From: the human T2T-CHM13v2.0 reference genome, Homo sapiens
DNA length: 64,000 bases
NCBI RefSeq assembly: GCF_009914755.1
Contig: NC_060947.1
Reading direction: 5' to 3' (one strand)
Shown piece by piece: positions 26,022-39,345 of the stretch. The notes beneath the pieces were generated by a model, which was given only the letters and a program-made list of their open reading frames with translations, was not told the origin of the DNA and did no database searches. Every line of letters starts with the position of its first letter. The stretch's first letter is position 1. A program made the translations under genes and the position numbers.

Positions 26022-27140
26022 TCCTAGGCAAGGACTTTAAATCAACTATCTTAAATATGTTCAAGTAGCTAAAGGAAACCAGGAAAACAACGCATGAGCA
26101 AAATGAGAATACCAATAATTAGATATTATTTTTAAAAAAGCAACCAAATTGGCATTCTAGTGCCAAAATCTATAATAACTGAAATGAAAAATTCGCTAGA
26201 GAAGTGCAACAGCATATTTGAGCATGTATAATAAAGAATCAGTGCACTAGAAGATTGAGCATTTGAAATTACCACATTTGAAAGGCAGAAATAAAAGAAT
26301 GAAGAAAAATTAACAAAACCTAAAGAACTTGTGTAACACTATCAAGTAAACCATAATACCCATTATTGTAGTCCTGAAAGAAGAGAAAAGGAGGCAGAAA
26401 GAAATATTGAAAACATAATGGCAACTTCTTAAATTGGTGGATTACCTGCATCTACACATCCAAAATCCCCAATGAACCATAATTATGATAAAAATACAAA
26501 AGTTTTTTACAGAAATACATTATAATAAAAGTGTCAAAACCCAAGGACAAAGATAAAATCTTGAAAGTCGCCAGAGAGAGGAACCTTGTCATGTGGATCA
26601 TCAGTAAGATTGAGAGCAAATGTCTCAGCAGAAACCATGGTGGCCATAAGGTAGTAGGATAACTTGTTGAAAATACCTGAAGAAAATTAACAAATAAAAA
26701 CAATAATAACAACAATTAAAAATACCTTTCAAATGAACATTTTATAGCAGGCAACACCCTCCTTTAAAAATAATAAAGTTATGACATTGCCAGGTAATCA
26801 AAAGCTGAGAGAATCTGGTACCAAGTAGACCTGCCACACAAGAAATGGTAAAGATAATCCTTCAGGTTGAAGTAAAAGGGCAGTAGGCAATAACTTGATG
26901 TTGTACAAACAAATAAAGATATCTGAAAAAAAAGTAACTACATAGGTAAATATAAAAACTATTATTATTAAATTTCTGGTTGGTTATCCCATTTTTTATT
27001 GTCTGCATGATTTCAAAGACAAATGCATAAAAATAAGTACAAATCTATGTGATAGGACATAAAACATATAAAGATGTAGTCTGTGACAGTAACAGCACAA
27101 TAGAGGAAGTGTGGAGTTATCCAGCAGCATATTTGTTGCA
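26022..27140 (+). mobile_element. Old L1M (L1MD/ME-like) ORF1 and inter-ORF fragment
   Basis: gactttaaatcaactatcttaaatatgttcaag...aaagaatcagtgcactagaagat...gacaaagataaaatcttgaaag: decayed ORF1. Confidence 0.7.
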
Positions 27141-28239
27141 TGCTATTCCATTTCTGCCTCCTCAAGTCAGTGAAACTGCCAGGCTCCTTTTGGGATAATC
27201 TTTCCAGTTCCATGGCCTGGCACATGCCTCCAGGCCAAAACGTGGGATGTTAGGAGGGCTTACGTTCATTTTCCTTTCCTAATGTATCACAGATTTTTAC
27301 TACATTTTATCCAATACCTGAAAATAATGGCTTTATGTATTTCATCCCATTTTATAATTGTTAATAGTGCATCGCTATTCTACTGCAGTGTGTATAGCAA
27401 GTTTTTTCTCTTTTTTAACATATATACATATATATGTGTGTGTGTATTTGTATGTATATATGTATACATATTTGAAATGCACCAGAAAATTTAGTAATAG
27501 CTTAGAAAATATGAGGTCTTTTGACCCTTTGCTTTTTAAATTTATCTATTTTTAATATACGATTAATATAGCTATCTCACATAATGTTCAATTTGAAATA
27601 AGTAGCCAGTGCTGCATTTTTGAAATTTCTAGAAGACATTTAGCAAAATGACTTTTAAAATTATTTTAAATCATTTTTGATAATTCAAATTCTATTTTAT
27701 TTTGATGAACAATTGACTACAATTCTATTCCCAAGTCTAAAACTGTCCCTCAAGTTTTGAATTTTTGCTACTTTTTGCTTCACTTTAAGAAACAACTTCC
27801 ACAAACCTTCTTGAGGTTGTGGCATCTGTAAACATCAAAGACCTAATTAAAATTCAATTGTAACTTTTGCCAGTTTGCATTTTTCTTATCTTTTATGCAA
27901 TTTGAATCATACTGTGCATACATATATTAAAAAATCCATATTATGAGAAAACACACGTTTGTTGTGGAGATTACTTTTTCAAAAGGCAGTGTCTGGCAGC
28001 TGCAGGCACTCACGCTTTTTGCGCCATTCACACAGTAATTTTGCTCTCATCAGAAATACAAAGCTTGACTGGAAAAAAATTAGCCTGGTTATTCTATAAG
28101 CCTATCAGGAATTATGCTTGTAAAGGAATGTTTCCCTTAAAAGCAGGTGCTAATTGTAAAGTTAATTATTTTTACATTTTTTAAAGATTTTTCTTAAAAG
28201 ACAATTATATACCTAATAGAAGTCAATGCATATTATTGT

Positions 28240-29330
28240 TTCACCCAATGTATTTGAACCGAGTTCTTACTCGGTGCCACCTACTATGCTAAACACTGGG
28301 GGTGTTATAGAATGTAGATCACAATCAATTCTTGCTTTCACAGGATTTAGTTCAGAGAGTAGTAGGGATAATCAGATGGATAAATAATAAAGAAGTCAAC
28401 CTGATAAGTGATTCAATATAAGAAGCTCTGGAAGCCAGTGAGCACAGAGGGGAAAAATACCAATGCTAATTTGGGGAATCAGGTAAGGCTTCCTAGAGAA
28501 GGGGACCGCTGATCTGAGATCAGAAGCATGAGATGTTAGAAATCAAATAATATTACATACAGAAAGTGAAAATGTTTCAGCCAAAGAAGGTAGCATATTC
28601 AATGTATTGGAAGTGTAGAGAAGCAAAATATGTTTGGGGGAAATGCAAATGTCACTCTGTAAAAGAGGCATGAATACTGTGATTGAAAAATGATGGGGAA
28701 TCAAGCTGAAAAATGTCAAGGCCCAAATCATGAATGATTCTTTATAGTACATGAAGGAGTTTAGGCTTTTTATATAGGCAGTGAGGAACATTGTGTGATT
28801 TTCAGAAGGGAAGTGATTTGTTCTGAACTATATCATAATTCAAAAATGATGACAGGTGAATAGAAAAATGCATTAAGAGTAGAGATAATGGAACAGGGGC
28901 AAGAGGCGTTAAATTGAAATAATTGATTTTTAAAAATTCCTACTGGGTGTGGAAAGTAAGAAAGAGGGAGTATCTATAATGACATCCGGGTTATTCACTT
29001 GGATTACCAGATACATAGTCTTGTCATTCACCAATTTTTAACACAGGAAGAGAGCCAGTTTCATGTGAAAGAGATTATGGCTTGAACTTAGCCATTTTAA
29101 GGTATTTATGGGATATTCAAATGGAGCTGTGCCTTAAGTTTTCAGGAGTCTTGAGGTTAGTACAGGAGCTGGACTGTGCACGGATGTTTGAAGTAGGTCA
29201 CAATGTGTTTGTTAATCAAAGTCATTGGAAGTGTGGTATTATTTTGGGAATATGTAGAATACAAGTTAAGAGGACAAGAACTGAACCCTAAAACAATTAC
29301 AACATGTAAAGTATATTCAGTGGAAAGCAG
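28240..29330 (-). mobile_element. LINE-2 relic
   Basis: tcacccaatgtatttgaaccgagttcttactcggtgcc...ggggaatcaggtaaggcttcctagagaagggg: antisense L2 pattern. Confidence 0.65.
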
Positions 29331-29379
29331 GAGTTCATTTTTAAAAGAAATGAAGATTTTTAAAAAGGCCTCATTTATT

Positions 29380-31290
29380 TATTGCCTTGGTCTCATTCAT
29401 TTGCCTTCTTTACTTCCCATAGACAGCCAATATCATGATTTGTCCACGTATTCTTTTATTGCACTGTATTTTCTAGTTTTTCCAATTTAAAAAAATTGTT
29501 TCAAATGTATTGTTCTGAAACTTTCCTTTTTGCACATGGTGGTTTCACCATTTATTTTTGTTAACACATACAGACATAGTTTATTTACTTTTATTGTACA
29601 AATACATGACAATTTAACTAACCACTTTTTATCATGGTTTCCCGTTTTTCACTCCCAAGAATTAAGCCTAAATGTCTTTGTGCCATTTCTTTTTATATAT
29701 ATGCAAGGCTTTGGTTTCTGGGGAATACAATTAGAAATAGGTTTCTTGAGTCATGAGGTATATGTATTTTAAATGTTACTTGCTATTGGATTTTTTTCTA
29801 AATACTCTATGCCAATTTATTTACATTCATACCAGTTACCATTTTCTAAATACCTTTAAAAAGTCGTTTAGAAGACATTTATGCAGCCAAAAAACAGATG
29901 AAAAAATGCTCATCATCACTGGCCGTCAGAGAAATGCAAATCAAAACCACAATGAGATACCACCTCACACCAGTTAGAATGGCAATCATTAAAAAGTCAG
30001 GAAACAACAGGTGCTGGAGAGGATGTGGAGAAATAGGAACACTCTTACACTGTTGGTGGGACTGTGAACTAGTTCAACCACTGTGGAAGTCAGTGTGGCG
30101 ATTCCTCAGGGATCTAGAACTAGAAATACCATTTGACCCAGCCATCCCATTACTGGGTATATACCCAAAGGATTATAAATCATGCTGCTATAAAGACACA
30201 TGCACACGTATGTTTATTGTGGCACTATTCACAATGGCTAAGACTTGGAAGCAACCCAAATGTCCAACAATGATAGACTGGATTAAGAAAATGTGGCACA
30301 TATACACCATGGAATACTATGCAGCCATAAAAAATGATGAGTCCATGTCCTTTGTAGGGACATGGGTGAAGCTGGAAACCATCATTCTCAGCAAACTATC
30401 ACAAGGACAAAAAACCAAACACCGCATGTTTCTCACTCATAGGTGGGAATTGAACAAAGAGAACACATGGACACAGGAAGGGGAACATCACCCACTGGGG
30501 ACTGTTGTGGGGTGGGGGGAAGGGGGAGGGGGAAGGGATAGCATTAGGAGATATACCTAATGCTAAATGACGAGTTAATGGGTGCAGCACACCAACATGG
30601 CACATGTATACATATGTAACAAACCTGCACATTGTACACATGTACCCTGAAACTTGAAGTATAATAATAATAATAAAAAAAGTTGTTTAGGTCCAACTTT
30701 AATATTGGCCAATCTAATGAGAGTAAAATTTCTCATTTTAATTTTTAGTTAACATTTACTTAATTGTTATAAGATTGATGATCTTTTATACATTTAATGA
30801 TATTTATTTACTCTCTGTTTAACTGTTTCTGTCATCAATTCATCTTGTTTGTCCTTTAGATATTTTAAATACTGATTGTTTTGTTATACATTTATTGCAA
30901 ATACTTTCTCCCAGCCTGTGGTAATGTTTAAATTTTTTATGGTATATTTCTTGGGGGGTGGGGGTAGACTTGTTATAAGAACTTATTTTGTTTTCCAAGG
31001 TCAAGTATATGTGTTATATATTTTTATTTAATTGCTTAAAATCTTTTTGTCTTATGTAGTTCTGGGATCACTCTATAATTTATTGTTCACATGTAAAGTG
31101 ACAAAATTTTATTTTTCTCATGTAGATAATCTATTGTCTTAACACCAAATTCACAAATTTGTCTGGATGTGATTCTGGGCTCTCTATTCTGCTCTATTTA
31201 TTTACGTAACTATCTTTGTATCAGTTCTACAGTGTCTTAATTGTTGTAGTTGGATGGTAATTCTGTATATATGGTGTAGAAAACCTCTCC
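29380..31290 (-). mobile_element. Highly decayed L1ME fragment split by the L1PA insertion
   Basis: T-rich antisense ORF2/3' motifs (attgcaaatactttctcccagcctgtgg; ttctgggctctctattctg). Confidence 0.55.
29872..30676 (+). mobile_element. 5'-truncated young LINE-1 (L1PA3/4-like)
   Basis: Open ORF2 C-terminus ([18 protein letters not shown]...[16 protein letters not shown]); G-rich 3' UTR; (AAT)n/A tail; 14-bp TSD aaaaagtcgtttag / aaaaagttgtttag at a TTT/AAAA endonuclease site. Confidence 0.96.
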
Positions 31291-31387
31291 TCTTTGTTGC
31301 TCCCCATCTCAGAAATTTGTGAGATGGCCTTTATATTATAAATGACATTATGGTTTTCTGAAGAAATGCAATACGGTTCATACCTAA

Positions 31388-31910
<523 letters not shown>

Positions 31911-33742
31911 TTTACAGATTTTTTTGAGTCAACTCTAGTCACCTGTAGCCAGTGGTGGAACTGCTTATCTACTACATTCAAAGCCTGTAAAGTTATTGAG
32001 CACATGTTACTCTGTTGAGCCAATGGTGTGCTGCTGGGCTTCCAGAATTTCAGCACTATTACTCTAGGAGTCTTTATAGTCACTTTTTGAAAACCTTACT
32101 CTTTTGGCCTTCCTGGGGCTGACCGCTTTGACTCAAAGCATGTAATTTGTTGCAGAAAACCAGAATTACAAAACTACTGCGAGAAGTCTAGCACAGTAAA
32201 ACAAGGGCAGAGTCACTCAAGAAGACTACTTTCAAGAATTCTGATTTACTCATTTTGGTGGAGACAAAGTAGGTTATTGCACTGTAGGCAAACCACATGC
32301 ATCTCTAATGTTGATCAAATGTCATTACTAGATGCATGTAAACATGACACATAGTGTACCATACTTTCCCTCCCTATGCAACGGTTTTGACCAAAAGCTT
32401 TTAGAGCATGCCCCATATTTTCTGTGGAATTTCTGTCTTATTGTATGTATTTTTCTCTGAAAAGATAGCCAGAATAATTCGTGAAATTAGTCTGACTTTA
32501 TTTTGATGTCTAAGAAATAAATACACATACATTATTCATCTCAAAATAGTATATTTCAAGATCTGCTTGTCTGTTAATGCATCTGAGAAATAGTGCTCTA
32601 ACAAAGCTATTAGAACAATGGTTTTATCAGTCTATTTTTTTTAATAAAAACAAAAGTGGCCAAGAGACAGAAAAAGAGAGGTGGAGAGAGGTTGCAGTGT
32701 TTTTTAAGAAACATCAACAATGGATCACTTTAGATTTATGGACCCAATTCCCAGAGACCTATAACTAGATAAAGTTAGACTTATCATCTACTTCAGACTT
32801 CTGCATGGTCTTCTCAGGAGCTGAAATGGTATGTGAAAAATTGGTTCAAGAGAAATATAGCTGCAAACCATCTTACTCAGAATATACCTATCGAAGTAGC
32901 TTTATTTTGTAGAAAGAAGTGAGGTGTATAATAGGACTTATATCAAGAAAGAATTGACTGTGGGAATTTTAAAAATAGATTTTTGAGTCAAGCAGTGCTT
33001 CTAGCAGTGTGATCCCTTGACCACCTGGATTGTAATGGCCTGAGAAGGAATGTTGAAAAGGAAGATTTCTGGATCTTTAACACCTTAGGTCATTTTGAGG
33101 CATATTGAAGTTTAAGAACAGCATCTAAATTAGAAAGTCATATACACATTGGACTATCATTGCATAAATGGTTTTCCAGTACACTATTATAGAGCCTTCC
33201 TCCCCTATTTTTGTTTTTCAATAGCAGATCCCCTGTGCAACTTTCAGAGAAACCTGAGCTTCAGTGGGGAATAAATTATCCCCAAGACAAAGAAAGAGAC
33301 AGCCTTGATTTTTGCCTTGCCCATACCCTTCCAGACCACACAACTGGCTCTGCTTATATAATTGATATTTTAGGGATATCAGTCTGATATTTAAAATTTC
33401 GTTTTTCTTGTGATAATATTAGAGGATTATTTACAGACCTACCAATTTTATAATAATCCCATGAAGTCCACTAGGTAATTTCTTGTGAATCTAGACCAAA
33501 ATAAAGGTGTGTTAGCAGGTAAAATGCAAGGCATGCTCATTACATCTGAGATCAGAGAGATCAGAAAGCAGTGAAAAAATTGTCAGAGCAAACTTGTTTT
33601 GTGTTTAATTAATCATATCCTTATATTACATTTAAGTTTTATTCTCCATACATGTTGTTAATATTGTTGCTTCCTTAGTCAAAAATAGAAATACAGGTTA
33701 ATAATAGGGTTAAGCTACAGCATGCAGTCACTATTTGATTTG

Positions 33743-33781
33743 GTGTGTGTGTGTGTGTGTCTGTGTGTGTGTGTTTGTGTG
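33743..33781. repeat. Imperfect (TG)n microsatellite
   Basis: tgtgtgtgtg... run read directly. Confidence 0.85.
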
Positions 33782-34321
33782 CTTGCACATGTATGCATAT
33801 GGTGAGAAAGTGGGAAAGGAGTGTGTTTATCTTTACGTGGATGGTGAAGTAGAGATTTCCAGATGCTTGGTGTGCATCATGATGGTTTCAGTGAGCTGTG
33901 GGCCTTCAGGAGTGACAGCTAGTACCCATAGAATTCTATCTGCATTATCTAATTACAGTATTTGCATGTTGAGGCTGGATTAGATGCGGAGTCCATCTCA
34001 TCTCTGACTCATCAGCATCTTGAGTGGGAAGAGAGGCAGGTTAGCTGTGAAGCGCATGCAGCTTAAGCTTCACAGACTCTTAGACCGGCCCTGTGAGTTC
34101 TGGATGTTGTTGGGAGCTGCAGAGTGTTCTGCATTGAAAGGAGAATGCAAGTGGCAATCAGGAAGCACTTTCAAGCAAGCATTTCTGATAAACAGCCTAA
34201 AGCGATTTTTGAATTTTCAAACATCAGTAATTTCTTTATTTTAAATAAATGACCACATTCATACTTATTTCTTATTTGTGCCCTTGTTTTCTTTTTTTTT
34301 TTTTCCTGGTGTGCTTTATTT

Positions 34322-34841
34322 CTTTTTTTAAATTTCTTTATTATACTTTAAGTTTTAGTGTACATGTGCACAACGTGCAGGTTTGTTACATATGTATACA
34401 TGTGCCATGTTGGTGTGCTGCACCCATTAACTCGTCGTTTAACATTAGGTATATCTCCAAATGCTATCCCTCCCCCCTCCCGCCACCCCACAACACGCTC
34501 CGGTGTGTGATGTTCCCCTTCCTGTGTCCGTGTGTTCTCATTGTTCAATTCCCACCTATGAGTGAGAACATGCGGTGTTTGGTTTTTTGTCCTTGCGATA
34601 GTTTGCTGAGAATGATGGTTTCCAGCTTCATCCGTGTCCCTACAAAGGACATGAGCTCATCATTTTTTTATGGCTGCATAGTATTCCATCGTGTATATGT
34701 ACCACATTTTCTTAATCCAGTCTATCGTTGTTGGACATTTGGGTTGGTTCCAAGTCTTCGCTATTGTGAATAGTGCCGCAATAAACATACATGTGCATGT
34801 GTCTTGTATAGCAGCATGATTTATAATCCTTCGGGTATATA
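34322..34841 (-). mobile_element. 5'-truncated young LINE-1 (L1PA4-like)
   Basis: tttattatactttaagttttag...ttaggtatatctccaaatgctatccc...gatttataatccttcgggtatata; no TSD found. Confidence 0.95.
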
Positions 34842-35192
34842 AAATCTAAGAGATTATTTAAGATTTGGGCCCCATAAAAATGGGATTTTCCCATAAATAA
34901 CAGGTTATAGTTGAAAGAATGAATTCGATAGATTGAGGTTCAAATACAAGCTCTAACAGTTACAAATTGTATGTCTTTGTGCATATCATGGAGTGTCTTT
35001 AAGCTTCCTTAATTTTGATGAGGATAGTGCCCCCTCAAATAATACTTTTGAAGTGTATGAAGTGTGTGCATATAGTGCATGAAACACCAATTAGGGAGGC
35101 CAGTGAGTGGCAGTGAAGGTCATAGCATTCTCACAAAGGAAAGTGATAGCCACATTGTAGCAACTTAATAGAAAGGACATGACTGGCACAGG

Positions 35193-35335
35193 AAAACCAC
35201 CATGACTTGACAAATAACAAATAAATGTCGCAAGTGACCAGGATCCTGAAATACAGAGCCACAAAATACAAAACCACCCATGCCTTGACAAATAAATGTC
35301 ACAAGTGACCAGGATCCTGAAATACTAGATCCACA
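35193..35335. repeat. Two-copy ~70-bp tandem duplication
   Basis: acaaataaatgtc(g/a)caagtgaccaggatcctgaaatac at 35217-35254 and 35288-35325, with shared flanks aaaaccacc...ccaca. Confidence 0.9.
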
Positions 35336-38081
35336 GCACCTAGAACATGGGTAGCACATGCAGTAGGTGCTTAATGAATAGTGTTGAATGGTTATGAATG
35401 GCTATGAAGGAAACCTTATTACACCAATTTTCTTATATAAAGGTGTACTTGAGCCTAAGCTATCAGAGAAACACTTCGACTAATTAGCTTCATCCCCATT
35501 CATGAGCAGTTATTTGTAATTGTATAGGTTTCTTGAAAATGTATACGTCTATGCAGGTATTTCTATCAAAACCATGTAAATGTGTAAATAACTTTTAAAA
35601 TATTCAGAGTTTGTTTTGGATACAAAATACATAAAGCCACATATATCAAAATATATTTAGATGCTTTGCATTTGCCGACATACCCGCTATTCATGTCATG
35701 TGTCTTCCATGAGATCTTTGAGAAGACAGGTCTTACTGCATTTTATCTTTTGCTTATTTTCATCTCTCTTAAAATTCTTTCTCATCCAACTTTGAGGTGT
35801 GCTTAGTGAATGACTTTGATTTTTTCAGTATCGGAGAAGTGAGAGCAAGAAAGGAACCAACACTGATGAAACACCTTTTCTGTGATAAGCACATTACAGA
35901 CACAATTCACCCTCACCGCAGCCTTGTGAGCTGGGTTTTATAAAAGGTTACATATTTTCCTGTTATAAAAGAATCGAATCAATAATAAGAAAATCAGCTT
36001 TATTAAAGTAAGAAGTCTACTAAAAGAACACTTTTTAAGATAAGAGAAGGCAGAAAAAAGACCCAAGTCAAAAAAGGAGGTGAGGATTGAAAATAAAAAG
36101 ACTGGTCCAGTTAGAATGTGAGGTCTTGAGACTCAGAAAGTGGTAAAATATGAGGTATATGGCAGGTCAAGTGGATCTTGAATATATGCTAAGAGTCAGA
36201 CAAGAGGTTTTTCCCTTCCCCTGCAACTTGGGCCTCATCAGACTATTTTTCATCCTTCTAGCACATTATGCTTTAGATTCCTATGATCACACAGCTCATT
36301 CTACATGTAGTTAATTTTTAAAATTTCTTTGCATTTTGAGAACTTATTCACCCTTCAGCGTTCTAGTCAATTGCTACGTGTTCTCCAAAGATTTCCTCGA
36401 TGTCACTAAGCACTTATTCAGTGTCTGTTCTGTGATCTCTGTGAACATTTAATTTACAGCTATTTTAACCCACACGTCAGCTGGCAAGTCATTGGCAATA
36501 GTTACAGACATGCCTATGACCACAGGCACCACGTAAAAGTGCTTTTCTCCTCAATACAGATTCAGGGAATGGCTTCAAGTTTTATCTCCGACCACTGCCC
36601 TAAACACCCAAGGTTTAGCCTTCTGTTTCTTTCTCCTCATCCTTAGGTTCTTGACCAGTTTGACTTCAAATTTTGAGCTTTCATTCTTCTTGTTTCGCCA
36701 TGTAGAGATTTGGTGTTCCTGTATTATACTGTTTACCTTTACATTGACCTAGTAACTCAATAGGATGCATCTCTTCCTGAGGTCCATGCCTGACAACGTG
36801 CTTTATCTCTAGTTTAGGCTCCTGAGATTCTGTAAGCTAAGTCTCAGGGGCCTTCTCTGAACAAGAAAAGAGATTAGGCATGGAATTCATAATACTCAAT
36901 AAAAAATTACTAATTGATAGTGTAAAATAAATTAAATTTCAGTTGTTAATTATTTTCTTACAATCCTTGATTTTCAGAAATGCCAAAAATGGAAATATGA
37001 ATATATTGATATATGTTATAATATATGTTGAACGAATTTGTGCAACTAGAAACAAATCCATTTTGAACTGTTGTTAAAATCTTTTAAAAAGCGTTTACTT
37101 AAATGCATTTTTATTCTAAATCTATAACCATAGTAGAGTGGCTTTTCAATTTAGCAGCCACACTGGAACAGCTGGTCAGCTGGAGTATTTTCCTGAAGAG
37201 TTGTGATTTGAGAAAACTAAAGAATGACTAAATGAAGCAAGAGTAATCTCTTTTATAAATTTTTATTCTGCTCATTAAACATTCATGGACCCAAAGTCAA
37301 CATGCCAGCAAAGCGCCTTGTCCATTTCTTTTACATGACCGCATCCAAATGTGGGTGAGCTTTACTACCTTAGAAACAAATTGCTCCCCTTATCTGAGCA
37401 ACCCTAAGAATATCCAGCAACTATGAAATACATCTAAAATACTGTCAAGAAGAAGACATGATGCTTTTCTTGATTCACAGGATTAAGAAGGTCATGTGTT
37501 TATAGACCTTCACTCTAGAAAAAAAACAATTGTATAAACTTTCTCTATTGTACTGTAACTAGGCCAGTCAGAAGATTCTGATTGGGCTTCCTAACAACTG
37601 GAAGCCACGCTAAAAGAACAGCATGTATAGCAAGTAAGAAAATATGTTACTAACTCAGCTATTGAATTAGTAATGAGGGAAATGACTTTGCAAATGTAGA
37701 TTGCTGAAGTTACAAAATGACTTTTTAGGCAAAGGCAAGTTATAATTTTCTGATTCTTAGAAGGCTTAAAGATATATTTGTCCCAAGGTCTTTTTGGGTA
37801 TTACCATTTTGTTAATGTGTTTCTCCCCTTGGGCGAGTGATTAAACCAAGTATATACTTTTATATCCATAGCTACTTTAAAACAAAACAAAACCAAAAAA
37901 AAAAATGCTGCTATAATTCTGGTCTTTAGATTCTCTTCACTCTTTTAATTTTGCAGTGCTTTGACAAACCAACAACTGTGCTGTCAAGTTTAGAATTTAA
38001 ATAGACTTTCACAAAAATCTTCACGCACACCAGCTGTAATGTCAGCAACCAGCTCCATCTTTATTTTCCGTCTTTTAACAG

Positions 38082-38125
38082 AAAGCATAGACTCAAGATG
38101 GCTCTTGCCAGCCACAGCTTGAGAG
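38082..38125 (+). other. Candidate 44-nt exon (or 3' part of a first exon) with ATG; host gene not recognised
   Basis: Acceptor ctttattttccgtcttttaacag, donor gag|gtaggc, caagATGg context at 38098; only one open frame (KHRLKMALASHSLR); lies in apparently non-repetitive DNA. Confidence 0.35.
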
Positions 38126-39016
38126 GTAGGCTGTACGGGCGGTGCTTCCCATCTGTGCAAAGCCAAACAGAATCACAAGACAGAATGTGTGGCGGAAGAA
38201 GCATCTACATTCTCCAAGAAGTTGGATTGATACTACTTTTGGGGAAAAGATTGTTATTGTTTTATAATTGTCCTTGTTATGTAATGCAATTTTATGACAC
38301 ACCGTTCAGTCACTGAGCACAAACACATACTGATAAAAGCAAAAGCTGAAATCAGTCCTTTTCGGAATTTGGAACATTTGTGGAAATTCCAAAGGGTCAT
38401 ACTTCTTCACTGGCCTGGTGAAGGCACAAAGGAAGACAAACAGAAAACACGGAAACATTGAGAGGGTGACAAACCTACAATCCACTGCTGGATGAAGTTT
38501 GCCGAAGGAAAGGATACAAAAAGACAGGAGTGCAAAAAGAATTGAGGAAATAAAGGAGATACAATAGTGAGAGGAAATTCGAAATTGCCAGTGATGTAAA
38601 AGGCCTTTTGAGAAACTCAATTAGAAAAACACAGAACAAATGAATACATTTATAAATGTTGAAGAGGAAAATTGAAACAAAGCCTTGAAAAGGCAAAAGA
38701 TTATACACAGACTTTTGTACTGAGAGAAGGGGGAGACTGAAAAACATTAAAATAGGTGGAGCATCCCCATTTATACTTGTAGAAATACCTTTTAGCTTGG
38801 TACATAGTAGAGAACAAGAAATTGGTGGTTATATGGATGCAGTATCGCTGCCAAATTGTTCTCTGCAGGATAGTCACTCGTAGCTGATTCTCGGCTACCT
38901 TCTCTGCATCCTACTCATAGGCCTGCAAACTTCTGTTTCTGTTAAAAGTTTATTTTCATTGGGAAGCTATGGTATGGGTTATCTTCTTTCTAATAATAGT
39001 TCCTAAATGCTTTAGT

Positions 39017-39345
39017 ATAGAACTGGGATGTCCAGTATGGTAACCACCAGCAATGCGTTCCTCTTGAGCACTTGAAATATGGCTAGTCCAAATTGAAATG
39101 AACCATAAGTGTAAAATATGCAGTGGATTTTGAAGGCAGTATAAGAATAAGAAGATAAAATATCGTATTTATGCTTTTTACATTGATAAGTTTGAAATTA
39201 TCACATTTTGATATCAAATAAATTATTACTAAATTAATCGTACTAGTTTTATTTTCTTGTTTTAATGAGGCCACTAGAAAATTTTAAATTTTTGTGTTGC
39301 TCGTATTCGTGGAATGCATACTACTATTGAATGGTGCTGGTACAG
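39017..39345. mobile_element. MER33-like hAT/Charlie DNA transposon relic
   Basis: tgtccagtatggtaaccaccagc...ttgagcacttgaaatatggctagtccaaattga...ccactagaaaattttaaatt...attgaatggtgctg. Confidence 0.8.

Noticed and set aside
30505-30540. G-quadruplex-like tract
   Set aside because: Known G-rich tract of the L1PA 3' UTR, at most slightly expanded.
29898-30560. 220-aa ORF, the longest in the window
   Set aside because: C-terminus of L1 ORF2p read into the 3' UTR of a 5'-truncated L1PA; it has no promoter or RT domain.
35193-35335. 38-nt direct repeats with a spacer, superficially CRISPR-like
   Set aside because: Only two copies, homology extends into the flanks, no cas genes, and the DNA is primate.
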